Shown piece by piece: positions 35,711-49,230 of a DNA stretch of 64,000 nucleotides. Source of the DNA: Octopus sinensis (Eukaryota); the NCBI RefSeq assembly GCF_006345805.1, contig NC_043002.1, positions 20,398,001-20,462,000 of the forward strand, written 5' to 3'. Numbering within the stretch: position 1 is the first letter of the stretch; each line of letters begins with the position of its first letter. A program made the translations under genes and the position numbers. The notes beneath the pieces were generated by a model that saw only the letters and a program-made list of their open reading frames with translations, was not told the origin of the DNA and searched no databases.

Positions 35711-37679
35711 GTATGTATCTATTTATTTATGTGTCTGTCTGGCCATCCATATGTCCATCTATCCCTCCATCTCTCATATATCACATTCTATAGTCTTTCT
35801 ATCTTCTATATACTCACTGCTTTAGTAGAGAAAATGGCCTTAAAATAGCCTTGTTGTGCTGTTATCTTTACATTCCAAGCACCTTTAATTACTTTCTCAA
35901 TTCTAAACTTCTCTACCTAGCCATCACCTATAACCAGTTTGGTCTATCTTCTACACATCTGCATACAATGCAACCATGCCTATCCCTACCTTCTGGACCT
36001 GCTGGCAATTCAAGTCAACTGACTGATCAGTAGTCTGCTTGTTTTCTGACAGCAGATCTACTGTACCCCTGACTCATCAGGTAAGAGTTAAGGGGCTGAC
36101 TAAAACACTCCTTTTGTGTATGTCTGTCCATATCCTCCAGGCAACCAAACCTTGCAGCTCAAATTCCTCCGAGTGGTTTACTCATAGTTGCATTGTAGCA
36201 TTTCAGGCAATGAACTTAGCCTACAACATTCAGAGAAAATTATCCTCACTTACAAAGTGGAAAGGGTAACTAGCACCTCAATTCCTGCTAGACCACTAAT
36301 TCTTTTTTTTTTTTTATGACTGAGACCTTTGGAAATATGCTGTGCTTGAGAAGACCTGGCAGGCCAAATGAGACCATAACCTCGAGGCCTATGCCAGGGG
36401 AGTAACCAACCCTCTTATGCGTACCTTTCCTTCATTGGACACTAAACTCTGCTTGCGAAGACCTGCTGAGGCAAGTGAAATCGAAATCAAATTCGATGAC
36501 TGGCATCCGTGCTAGTGGAGTGCTAAGAGCACCATCCGAGCGTGATCATTGCGAGAGCAGCTAACTCGCTTCTGTGCCAGTGGCACGTAAAAAGCACCCT
36601 TCAAACGTGATCGTTACCAGCGTTGACTTACTGGCACTTGTGCTGGTGGCACATGAAAAAACATTCGAGTGAGGTCGTTGCCAGTCCCGCTGGACTGGCT
36701 CCTATGCAGGTGGCACGTTAAAAACACCATTTGAGCATGGCCGTTGCCAGTACCACCTGACTGGACCTCGTGCTGGTGACACGTAAAAGCACCCACTACA
36801 CTCTTTGAGTGGTTGGCGTTAGGAAGGGCATCCAGCTGTAGAAACTCTGCCAGATCAAATTGGAGCCTGGTGCAGCCATCTGGCTTGCCAGTCCTCAGTC
36901 AAATCGTCCAACCCATGCTAGCATGGAAAGCAGACGTTAAACGATGATGATGATGAATAAAACTTTTAAGTAGATGGTGATTGTAACACTTTTTGTGTCT
37001 TATTCAGTTAGGTGAAGATTGAAAAAAAAATGTAGAAAATTGCAGCAGTATATCTTTAATCAGCAGTCTCTAATCTTTAGAAAAAATTACCCTCTCCTAC
37101 AAACTGAACAGCTTTTCACCCAGCCTTTTAACCATTTACACTGTGAATGATGCCTCTACACACGGCACTGCCTGCGAGCTCTCCTGCTTCCCAAACTGCT
37201 GCCAATTCTCTTGTCTTTTGCCAAAAGGACCTCCATCAACTTTTTGGAATCCTTTCCCTTACCTTCTCAAATCTGATAGTTCTGTAATCAGTGCTCCAGC
37301 AGAGAAAGCCTCCTTATTTGTTATCTACTTTGTATTCAACTCCGCATCTTTTTTTAGACAATAAGACGTAATTTTAGAGGAATTTTTATTTTTAGCATGC
37401 TGAACTGTGAAATACAGGCTTCCTCTGGGACTCGTACTAGTATTGGTGTAATATAAATTATGAACCCAAATGTTTACGCAATATAAAGAGTTCCAAGTTA
37501 TTTCTCCTGAATCTTCTCCCATCAATACAAGAAATGTAACTCTTGTTGAATTTTTGCATGTATTATTTCCCTTGGTTAATTGCCATGTTTGTACCAAGTG
37601 TTGAGATATTGAGTGTTCGTCCCTTTTCACGACTTGAAAGGAAAATATAGTAAAAACAGAGATAAAGTCAAAGACAAAG

Positions 37680-38020
37680 AATTAAAAGAAATCGTGAAAG
37701 ACTTGAATCTATAATTCAAAGAGAAGTTGCAGAAAATTTGGTTATTCATTCTGACGAACGGCCAGCATACTCCAATATAAATTGTCTACATTTTCACCAT
37801 TCTATTCTCAACCAACAAAGACATTGTGTTGATCCTAACACTGGAACCAATATTCAAGCAATTGAAAGAACCTAATTGAATTTGAAAATTTGTAGATTAA
37901 AAAAGATGAAAGGAGTGAACCAAAGAACCTTCCAATCTCATCTTGATTATTTCTGTTGATGAAGAAGAATTCTGAAGACGTATGTCTTGCGTTTCTAGCA
38001 GATGTTTGCTCAATTCATCG
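37680..38020 (+). mobile_element. Merlin (IS1016/IS1595-like) transposase remnant
   Basis: R.RERLESIIQREVA..VIHSDE..AYSN..VDPNTGTNIQAIER..K.KG..QSHLDYFC, with stops. Confidence 0.7.
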
Positions 38021-38704
38021 ATAAAATTATTTTGATAATAATAAAACCATGTTTTATTTATGTCTTAGTAATTAAGGAAATTAGGAATAAACAACATAGG
38101 TGTAGGAGTGGCTGTGTGGTAAGTAGCTTGCTTACCAACCACATGGTTCTGGGTTCAGTCCCACTGTGTGGCACCTTGGGCAAGTGTCTTCTACTATAGC
38201 ATCGGGCCGACCAAAGCCTTGTGAGTGGATTTGGAAGATACAAGAAACTGAAAGAAGCCCATCGTATATATGTATGTGTTTGTGTGTCTGTGTTTGTCCC
38301 CCAACATCGCTTGACAACCGATGCTGGTGTGTTTACGTCCCCATAACTTAGCGGTTTGGCAAAAGAGACTGATCGAATAAGTACTAGGCTTACAAAGAAT
38401 AAGTCCTGGGGATCGATTTGCTCAACTAAAGGTGGTGCTCCAGCATGGCCACAGTCGAATGACTGAAACAAGTAAAAGAGTAAAAGAGTAAAGAGTAATA
38501 TAATAATTAAAATAAGTGCATAGATCACACACCAAAGTAAATTTTCTTGCTTAGATCACACACCAAAGTAGCACTAGCACAAAGTAAGCTAAAAAGTAAC
38601 TGAAAGTAATCGCCCTTTAAGTTGTAGATCACACACCAAATTAGCATTGAACTATCATTATTATCATCATTGTCATCTTCCTCATTGTCTTTGTCATTTT
38701 TCAG

Positions 38705-38762
38705 GTTTGCAGCTGAACTATGTAAAGAGAAAGGTCATACAATGGATAACAGACTTCAAACT
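38705..38762 (+). CDS. MMAB: MMAB exon 4 (FAAELCKEKGHTMDNRLQT)
   Basis: 58 nt, ttttcag acceptor and gtaagt donor; aligns to FALELVTEKGHTFAEELQK. Confidence 0.92.
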
Positions 38763-39820
38763 GTAAGTGAGACTCTCTTGCTATTTCTTTTTTATTTTAA
38801 TGTCCTTTTCATGAACCTTTTCAGGGTCTCAGTGACTGGTGGTAGCAAAGGATCAAGGTATCCTTAAACCAAAGGCCTTTCCTAAATGCTTGAAACTGTG
38901 TGTCACTGTGTACACTGCTTATGGCAAATGAAGGCCAGAAGTTACACTAAGAAACAGATTAAGTCTCTCTGTTGTAGATAAACATTGTTTAATTAGTTTT
39001 CCTCACACAATTATTTGATTTATATGTGCAGAATATTTTATGTATGGAACCATCCGATCGTGGCCGTTGCCAGCGCCGCCCCGATTGGTACGTAAAAAGC
39101 ACCATCCGTTTGTGGCCATTGCCAGCCTCGCCTGGCCACCGTGCCGCTGGCATGTAAAATGCACCATCCGTCCGTGGCCGTTTGCCAGCTCCGTCTGGCA
39201 CCTGTGCGGGTGGCACGTAAAAAGCACCCACTACACTCACGGAGTGGTTGGCGTTAGGAAGGGCATCCAGCCGTAGAAACACTGCCAGATCAGACTGGGC
39301 CTGATGTAGCCTTCTGGCTTCACAGACCCCAGTTGAACCGTCCAACCCATGCTAGCATGGAAAGTGGACGCTAAATGATGATGATGATACATAGAAATGA
39401 CAGAGTTTGTTGAAATAGGGAGTTTTTATGTTGTTAGAAGAAAATTGAACAGAAAACCTTCAAACAATGAAATTGTTCAGAGTGTAGAATTGATAGAATT
39501 GGCATAGTGACAGACAAAATAGTTTGCAGTATTTTGCTATGTCCATTTATGTTTTGAGTTCAGATCTTGCCTTTTATCTGTCAGTGGTCGATAAAATAAA
39601 ATACTAGTTGTTTACGGGGGGGGGGGGGATAGTATCAACTAACTCCTCTCCTCTCAAAATTGTTGGCCTAGGTCGACTTTGCCTTTCATCCTTTTGGGAT
39701 TGATAAATTAAGTACCAGTGAAACACTGGGGTCAATGTAATTGACTAGTCTCCTCCCCCCGAATTTCAGGCCTTGTGCCTTTAGTAGAAAGGATTGTTAT
39801 TATTATTATTATTATTATTA

Positions 39821-39852
<32 letters not shown>

Positions 39853-41912
39853 GTTATTATTATTATTATTGTGAGGACGCATAAACTAGTGGTTAGGGTA
39901 TTGCAGTCATGATTGCGAGATTGTGGTTTCAATTCCTAGACTGGTAGTGTGTTGTTCTTGAGCAAAACACTTGATCTCACATTGCTCTTTGAGCTCTTTG
40001 ACACCTGACATGTGGTACACCGTGTACCTGTTCAGGTCATGTTGACTTGATGAAGGGAGTGAGCTAATGTCCAGCACATACACTTGATTACTTTAGACAA
40101 TCATTTGTGCAGGTCATTCAGCAAAAAATCTGAACACTCACACGTCGTCTTCGATGGGAGAGTCAATCATCATCATCATCATCATCAAGGTAGCGACCTA
40201 GAAGAACCATTATCACATCAGATAAAATGCGTAGTGATGTTGCTTCTGACTTTATATTCTGAATTCAGATGCCACTGTGGTTGACTCTGCGTTTCATCCT
40301 TCTAGGGTTGAAAAAATAAGTACCAGTTGAACTTTGGAATCGATGTAACCAATTAACCCCTTCACCTGAAGTTGTTGGACCTGTGCCAAAACTTGAAACC
40401 AGTATTCTATATCCTTAAATTATATTTGACCCTTTTCATACCAATCTGCTTGAAACCACCTCTGCCTCTGTAGTACAGCTGTCTTATTTTCAAAAGTTTT
40501 GAACTAAAATCTTCCACCAAACCTTAGTCACAATTTATGTTCCTAACACTAGCTTAATGATAACTAAGTTATTTTACTAAATTCTTTGTTATATTTAAAA
40601 TTAATTGAAAAATCACAGAACATGGTAAAATATGGCAACAAAAGGGTTAAGGTGACAAGATGGCAGAAGTGTTAGCACATTGGGTAAAATGATTAGCTGC
40701 ATTTCGTCTGTCTTCACATTTTAAGTTCAAACCCCACCGAGGTTGACTTTGTCTTCTATTCTTTTGGGGTTGATAAAATAAATATCAGTTTACCAGCATC
40801 GCCTTACTGGCATCTGTGCCGGTGGCATGTGTAAAAGATTCGAGTGAGGTCGTTGCCAGTACCGCCTGACTGACCCCGTGCCGGTGGCACGTAAAAGCAC
40901 CCACTACACTCTCGGAGTGGTTGGCGTTAGGATGGGCATCCAGCTGTAGAAACTCTGCCAGATCAAGATTGGAGCCTGGTGCAGCCATCTGGTTTGCCAG
41001 TCCTCAGTCAAATCGTCCAACCCATGCTAGCATGGAAAGCAGACGTTAAAACGATGATGATGATGATGATGATGATGAGCACTGGGGTTGATGTAATTGA
41101 TTTACCTTCTTCCCCCTGAAATTGCTGGCCTTGTGCCAAAATTTGAAACCATTATTATTATTATTTCTTTATCAAAATAATGATGGTATTTGATAGTTTT
41201 TGTCAAACAAGTAGATTTAGCTGACTGGTCTCAGTGTTGCTTATTTTCAAGAGCAAATGTGTATTTGATGTCATGAAACTATGTTAGTTACTAGTTGCTG
41301 GTGTCATCTTTCACTGTTAAGTTAAACCTTTTTTACAAGTGGGGTTACCAAACCTCCATCACAGCTACTTACATCTCTACAGCTGTCTTCACACTAGGCC
41401 AGCTGCAATATTTATCACACGGCTGTGTCCAACTCAAGAGTTAGGATTAGGTGACTAGGCAGAATCTGTAGAGGAACAGCAGGCAGAATTTCATATGTTA
41501 TTTAGACTCTGAATTCAAGTCTTGTTGAAATGAAACTCTTTATTGAAAAGTATTTTATTTGCTGCATAGTAGTGACCACAGTTGATCTGGAGGAAAGAAA
41601 TGATATTACTAACAACTGTTGTTCACATTTCCATCAGGTGCTTGCTGTCTAGGCTAATGCATACTTTATCTTCCAACTTTAAAAAAAGAGTTAAAGATAG
41701 GTAGATGTGTGGTTGTGTGGTAAAAAGTTTATTTCCTAACCACATGATTCTGGGTTCAGTCCCACTGCATGGCATCTTGGGCGAATGTCTTCTTCTATAG
41801 CCTTGGGTTGACCAAAGTCTTCTGAGTGAATTTGTTAGATGGAAACTGAAAGAAGCCTACCATATATTTATATAAGCGGATTTGATAGACAGAAACTGAA
41901 AGAAGCCTGTTG

Positions 41913-41947
<35 letters not shown>

Positions 41948-43279
41948 GTATGTATATAGTTGTGTGTTTGTGTCTGTATTTGTCCCCCCACCATTGCTTG
42001 ACAACTGATGTTGGTGTGTTTAGGTCTCTGTAACTTAGCAGTTTGGCAAAAGAGACTGATAGAATAAGCACCAAGCTTAAAAAGAGTAAGTGCTGGGTCG
42101 ATTTATTTGATTAAAATTTTTCAAGGCAGTGCCCCAGCATGGCCACAGTCTAACTAATGACCAAAACAAGTAAAAAATAAAATATATTAAACATTATAAG
42201 CAACAGTTTGAACAATTTTCCGGGCAAGTGCTAGAAGTGTGGCTTGAGATTCTCATATCTATTGCTGGGCAGATGATCATATTACTTGCTACACTTTGGC
42301 ACACTTAACATTCCAGCTTCTCAAATTAGTTCCTGTATTTTCTGCTATTTTAATTGTACTCTTTCATTAACACAATATGTGTTCATTGGTCACTGAGCAC
42401 AGCCATTCTCAAACCAACAGATACATCCTTTCCAAGAAAAATGTTAAAGTTTTGTCCTCTTCCCTCGTTATTGACAATAGAAAACAGAATTTGTGTCTGT
42501 ATAATTTTCTTTCCTATGTCATGGTATTGGATAAATTTAAAGGGTTTAAAACCATCTTAATTGTATTCATTCAACTGTTTGTTTTATACCTGTATTTCCA
42601 TGCTGTTTTACCATGGGTTAAATCAGTGGTTTTTTATCTTTAGACCCCTTTGATTACCATTTTATTCTGGTGGACCCCCCCCCCATAGCCATTTTACGTT
42701 TAAAAACTAGTTTTATTGATACTTCTTTCAAAATTCCTATTTTGTCTTTCTCACATTAACTTGTGTAGGTTGAACTATGTAAAATGTTAGAGAAAACTAG
42801 CTGTTTCTTGCAATGCATACATCTAAAGCCAAATTTGTTGCGGGGACCCCTAAAAATCTTATATGGACCATCAGGGGTCACATGGACCCTGGTTGAGAAC
42901 TATTGGGTTAGCTGAATGTATTACTGAGGCATTGTTTTTGTAACCAGATATCCTTCCTGTTGTTGACCCTTACCTGTTTTTCACACACACACACACACAC
43001 ACACAAACACAAACACAAACAAACATACACACACACACACACACAATGGGCTTCTTTCAGTTTCCATCTACCATACCCACTCACAAGGCTTTGGCTGGCC
43101 TGAGGCTGCGATAGTGCCCAAGGAGTGTCATGAAGTGGGACTGAACTTGAAACCATGTGGTTGAAAAGCAAACATCTTCACCACACAGCCATGCCACCAC
43201 CTAAACATCACAATCTATCCATCCTCTTTTTCAGTCTTCAGAGTTTCCTCCCTTCTATGACAAAACACTGGCAGATATT

Positions 43280-43467
43280 ACAGTTCTATATTTAAGAGAT
43301 GAGGAATTATGTACATTATTTACATTATTTACATTTGACGGATATTTGTCCTTATCTTATTTGTTGTTAACACGTTTCGGCTGATATATACCTCCAGCCT
43401 TCATCAGGTGTCTTGGGGAAATTTCGAACATGGGTTTTCATTCCTAAGGTATTTTTCGATGTTGTTG

Positions 43468-43512
<45 letters not shown>

Positions 43513-43706
43513 TCACTGCTTGGAATTGAACTTGGAATCTTGGGGTTAGTAGCCTGCGCTCTTAACCACTATGCCATATGCCCATGGGTTCGAAATTTAC
43601 CCAAGACACCTGATGAAGGCGGGAGGGTATATCAGCCGAAATGTTGTGTTAACAACAAACAAGATGAGGGCAAATATCCGTCAAATGTAAATAATGTAAA
43701 TAATAT
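43280..43706 (-). mobile_element. Fold-back element B: full tRNA-like head, (TAA)n, hammerhead segment, plus an inverted hammerhead copy; 13-bp TSD
   Basis: A box 43566-43576 and B box 43523-43531 on minus; TSD ACTGGCAGATATT at 43267-43279 and 43707-43719. Confidence 0.8.
43605..43650 (+). ncRNA. Minimal type I hammerhead-ribozyme motif
   Basis: GACAC-CTGATGA-A-GGCGG..CAGCC-GAAA-TGTT-GTGTT; helix I is GACAC/GTGTT. The minus copy at about 43368-43412 has a perfect helix II but a 3-nt deletion at the cleavage site. Confidence 0.6.
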
Positions 43707-43719
43707 ACTGGCAGATATT

Positions 43720-44219
43720 GTGACCCCCTTCGGTCATGACTGACCATGAGATTGAACCTAGAAAGTTTCCCTCCAAGGCACAAGGCTGGGCAAGGTTGTT
43801 TATGGAAGACCAGCAGTCGCCCACACACACCAACCTCCCCTCTCCATGCCACTGATGTTATCCAAGGGAAAAGCAAAGGCTGATACAGCTTGGCACCAGT
43901 GACATCGCTACTCATTTATTAATGTGCAAGTAGCTGAGCACTCCACAGACACATGTACCCTTAATGTAGTTCTCAGGGAGATTCAGTGTGACAAGGCTGG
44001 CCCTTTGAAATACAGTTACCACAAGAACAGGAAGAAAGAATGAGAGAAAAGTTGTGGTGAAAGAGTACAGCAGGGTTCCCCCCCCCCTCCTGCTAGAACC
44101 TTGTGGAGCTTTAGGTGTTTTCACTCAATAAACACTCACAATGCCCGGTCTGGGAATCGAAACCATGATCCTACGACCACGAGTCTGCTGCCCTAACCAC
44201 TGGGCCATTGCGCCTCCAT
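43720..44219 (-). mobile_element. S4-type tRNA-headed SINE with long tail
   Basis: Minus strand begins TGGAGGCGCAATGGCCCAGTGGTTAGGG..GGTTTCGATTCCC; flanked by ACTGGCAGAT on both sides. Confidence 0.8.
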
Positions 44220-44854
44220 ACTGGCAGATTTATTACTCTATTTATGTCCAATCACATTGAGGTGTCTTACACTGAGTCAGCTAGTGAGTCTGTTGTTGTT
44301 TATATTTCAAATAATTGGTGCTTATCATGTGTGGTACCATTAACAGTGAAGGCACATGGCTTGGTGGTTAGAGCATCAGGCTTACAGTTGCGAGGTTGTG
44401 AGTTTGATTCCTGGACTGGGTTGTGTTGCGTTCTTGAGCAAGACACTTTATTTCACATTGCTCCAGTTCACTTAACTGTAGAAATGAGTTGTGATGTCAC
44501 TGGTGCCAAACTGTATTGGCCTTTACCTTTCCTTTGGACAACATCACCGGTATGAAGAGGGAAGACCAGTATGCATGGGGGAGGGCTGGTCTTCCACAAA
44601 CAACCTTGCCCAAACTTGTACATTCGAGGGGAACTTTCTAGGTGCAGTCCCATACATTCTAGGTGTAATCCCATTCATTCATGACTGAAGGGGATCTTTG
44701 CCCTTTGCTCTCACCCTTTGCCCTTGTACCATTGACATTAAAATCTTTAGCATTTAATTCATAACAATTATAGTAGTACAAAGAAATTTACCTGTTTCTT
44801 TTTAAAAACTGTTAATTTTTAAAACAATGTTTCTTTGAATTTCTCACTACATAG

Positions 44855-44927
44855 ATCCAGTGTGTGTTGCAGGATGTTGGATCCAATATTGCAACACCTA
44901 AATCTTCAGCATCAGAGACCCAGTTGA
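44855..44927 (+). CDS. MMAB: MMAB exon 5 (IQCVLQDVGSNIATPKSSASETQL)
   Basis: 73 nt, ctacatag acceptor and gtgagt donor; matches IQCTLQDVGSALATP. Confidence 0.93.
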
Positions 44928-46547
44928 GTGAGTATTCCCAATTCAGAGGGGTTTTCTTAAAATTTTCTTTGGCATTCAGCTGATTAAATTTTTTTAAATA
45001 TTTAATTTGAGAAGGAGGTGCGGTACACCCTTAATCCCAATACCCTTTTCTGTAATGGCTGTTTTAAGGATATATATTTAATCAGGATGCATATATATAT
45101 ATTATATATATATAGCAATAAGAAAATGGAGGAGAACAATAGATGGTTCATCAACTTTTAGACATGATATTATGTTAACTTATTTATTTATTTACTAAAC
45201 TGATAATTACAATAATATACATACATATAACATATTATTCTTTACATATAAGATATAAAATATAGTAATATATAAGGATACCAGCAATTATAAAAAACAT
45301 GAATATAAATTGGGAAAATAACTTACAGCTGTTTCAGGCAATAGATAAAAATACCTCATTCTACCTTTATTACTCAAGTGGATTGCAGTAATTGGTAGAT
45401 GAACATGAGGTACTTGTATATATCTCTAGGCTTGAGTTTCATCTTCATTATCATCACTTTATATATGTATATGTGTGTGTGTGTTTGTATATAAAGAAAG
45501 AGAGTGGGGAGATAAACCAAACATGGCTGAGAGAGAGAGAGAGAGAACTTATACATTGCTTAATAATTCTATTATTATTCTATTGGTTTCAGCCAGAGGC
45601 TGTGGTGACGCTGGGGCACCACCATTTATAAATATCAATTATAAATATTCCTGACAGAAAATGATATATATGTGACAATACAATTCAGTGTAGTAAAGAG
45701 CAAAATGCAACTTATGGTTTATTTAGCTTTCATTTGGTCAAGAAAAAAAACTACACAAGCAAGATCAGAAGAATAAATGTATATATGAATGTATGTATAT
45801 TTGTATGCATACATATAGGTGCAGGGGTGGCTGTGTGGTAAGTAGCTTGCTTACCAACCACATGGTTCCAGGTTTAGTCCCACTGCGTGGCACCTTGGGC
45901 AAGTGTCTTCTACTACAGCCTCGGGCCAACCAAAGCCTTGTGAGTGGATTTGGTAGATGGAAGTGTGTGTGTATATGTTTGTCCTCCCCAACATCGCTTG
46001 ACAACCGATGCTGGTGTTTATGTTTCCATCACTTAGAGGTTTAGCAAAAGAGACCGATAGAATAAGTACTAGGCTTACAAAGAATAAGTCCTGGGATCGA
46101 TTTGTTTGACTAAAGGCATTGCTCCAGCATGGCCACTCAAATGACTGAAGCACTTGAAAAAAAGAAAAAGAATACATATGTATGTATATTGCTTATATAT
46201 ATGTATATCTGTCTGTTTTTCTGTCTGTGTGTCCCTCTCTCTATATGTTTATGTGTGTGTGTACATATCTATGTGTGTTCATAGTAGCCATGTTCTCACT
46301 TGGATTATGTTTTTTCTATATATTTCCGAATTTCTTTTCCTCTTCATTGCTAAACTTTGAAGAAAACGATGACAAATGGAAAGGTTGAATATGTGTATAT
46401 AAACAAACACAGTTGTGGTTGGATAGATAAGAAAATATACACATCATATATAGACACACACATATATATATAAATATATATGGCATTCCAGTCCATACAA
46501 GAATGGAAAGAAGGACATAAAAAATGACGATGATTACAAATATATAT

Positions 46548-46584
<37 letters not shown>

Positions 46585-46955
46585 TAGTTGTGTGATTAAG
46601 AAGCTTGCTTGCCAGTCATGTGATCTTGGGTTCATTCCTTGGGCAAATGTCTTCCACTAATCTCAAGTTGACCAAAGTATACACACACACACACACACAC
46701 ACGCGGCTGTATATATATGTGTGTATTTGTGTGTATACCTTTGTGAAGATATCACATGATGCTTCGTATATGAGTGTCGTCATCATACCAGTGGTGTCCT
46801 TTGTTTCCAGTCTTCTGTATAAACATGTCCGGCCACGAGAAGATATTACATTACTTGGAAACAAATGATAACTGGTGTCAGGAAGGGCATCTGGCCTTAA
46901 AATATCTGCCTCAACAAACTCCATCTGACCCATGCAAGCATGGGAAAGTGGATTT

Positions 46956-46991
<36 letters not shown>

Positions 46992-48167
46992 ATGGGCTTC
47001 TTTTAGTTTCCATCTGCCAAATCCACCTACAAAGCTTTGGTCAGCTTGGAGCCATAATAGAAGACTGCTCAAGGTGACGTGTGTGGGACTGAATCTGCGA
47101 CCACACAGCTACACCTGCACTTTTGTAATAATAATAATATAATAATAATAATAATAATAATAAAATAATAATAATAATAATCTTTTCTACTCTAGGCACA
47201 AAGCCCAAAATTTTTGGGGAGGGGGCCAGTCTATTAGATTGACTCCAATACACAGCTGGTGCTTAATTTATTGACCCCGAAAGGACAAAAGGCTAAGTTG
47301 ACCTCAGCAGAATTTGAACTCAGAATGTAAAGACAGACAAAATACCCATTTCTTTACTACCCACAAGGGGCTAAACACAGAGGAGACAAACAAGGACAGA
47401 CAAACGGATTAAGTCGATTACATCGACCCCAGTACGTAGCTGGTACTTAATTTATCAGCCCCGAAAGGATGAAAGGCAAAGTCGACCTCGGTGGAATTTG
47501 AACTCAGAACGAAATACCGCTATGCATTTTGCTATGCATTTTGCCCGGTGTGCTAACGTTTCTGTCAGCTTGCCACCTTAATAATAATAGTGATAATCCT
47601 TTTTACCACTGGCACAAGGCCTGAAATTTGGGAGGAGTGGGGCTAGTTGATTACATCAACCCTAGTGTTCAACTGGTACTTATTTCATTGACTACAAAAG
47701 CATGAAAAGCAAAGCCAACCTTGACAGCATTTAAGCTCAGAACACGAAGACAGGTGACATGCTACCAAGCATTTCATCCAGCGTGCTAATGGTTCTGCTA
47801 GCTTGTCACCTTAATAATGGTTTCTGATTTATGCACAAGGCCAGCAATTTTGAGGGCAGGGGTTTGTCATTACTATTAATGACTCCAGTAATTTTATTTA
47901 TCCTGGAAGGATGAAAGGCAAAGTTAATTTCATTGTGGTTTTCAATTCAGAAGGTGAACAGCCATAACTAAATACCATCAGAGCTTTTGTCTGATTCGTT
48001 AATGATTTTATTAATCCACTGCCCTAAATAATGGTTATAATGATTTCTAACTTGAGTTGGTCTGAAAAAAGAAAAAATACTAAATTACCAATTTGTGGAA
48101 TGTTTCTCCTTTACTAAACTTTATTTACACTTCAACAGTGTTGATTGTTTCATTTCCCTTTGATCAT

Positions 48168-49230
48168 CACACACACACACACATGCAGACACAAACATAC
48201 ACACACTCACAAACACATACACACACAAACACACACATACAAACACTCACAAACACACACACATACACACAAGCACACACACTCACACTCACTCACAAAC
48301 ACACAAACACACACACACAAACACACACATACAAACACACACACAAACACAAGCTTACATGCATACATTCATAGCACACACACACACATGCATGCACACA
48401 CAGACACACAAACACTCACACACAACCACACACACAAACACTCACACACATACAAACACATACACAAACACACACAAGCTTACATGCATACATTCATAGC
48501 ATACACACACAGGCACACACACACATTTATACAAACACACACACATATACAAACACACACATACACACAAACACAAAGCTTACATACATACATTCACAGC
48601 ATACACACACAGGCGCACACACACACACACTCACACATCTTGCTTCTCTCTCTGTCACTTTCCCATCTATTCCCTCCCTGTCTTAGACAAATGTATCTCC
48701 ACACATACCATTTCTACCTTCCACTCTCTCTCTCTCAAGCATTCTCATCATACACTTGTAAACATACACAGATTCTTTTACACACACACACACACACACT
48801 CTCTCTCTCTCTCTCTCTCCGTCACTGTCGTGTATACACATACACACATAAATACATAAACACACACACACATATGTATATATACATACACACGCACGTA
48901 CATACACATTCTGTCACATTGTCACATGTACACACACACACAAACACACACACACTGCTTCATGCACACACACACCATCTTTCTGTGTTCCACACATACA
49001 CAAACATGCATACATACGCATACACACTAGCTCTCTCTCACTCTACTTTCTTTCACTGTTGCATATACATATATACTCTCTGTCACACACTCATCCCACT
49101 CACGCATACACACACACTGCTTCATACTCATACACACACACACACATTCATACTTTCTTTCTATGTTCCACATGTACACACACATGCATTCTCTCTCTCT
49201 CTCTCTCTCCACCTTCCTTCACTGCTACAT
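48168..49230. repeat. Long degenerate (CA)n/(CT)n tract
   Basis: Direct reading; source of the 386-aa His/Thr-rich ORF. Confidence 0.95.

Noticed and set aside
38521-38643. CRISPR-like repeat-spacer appearance
   Set aside because: Eukaryotic context, three short repeats, unequal spacers and no cas genes.
38825-38857. 33-nt stop-containing exon after MMAB exon 4
   Set aside because: Weak gtatcc donor and only a 62-nt upstream intron.
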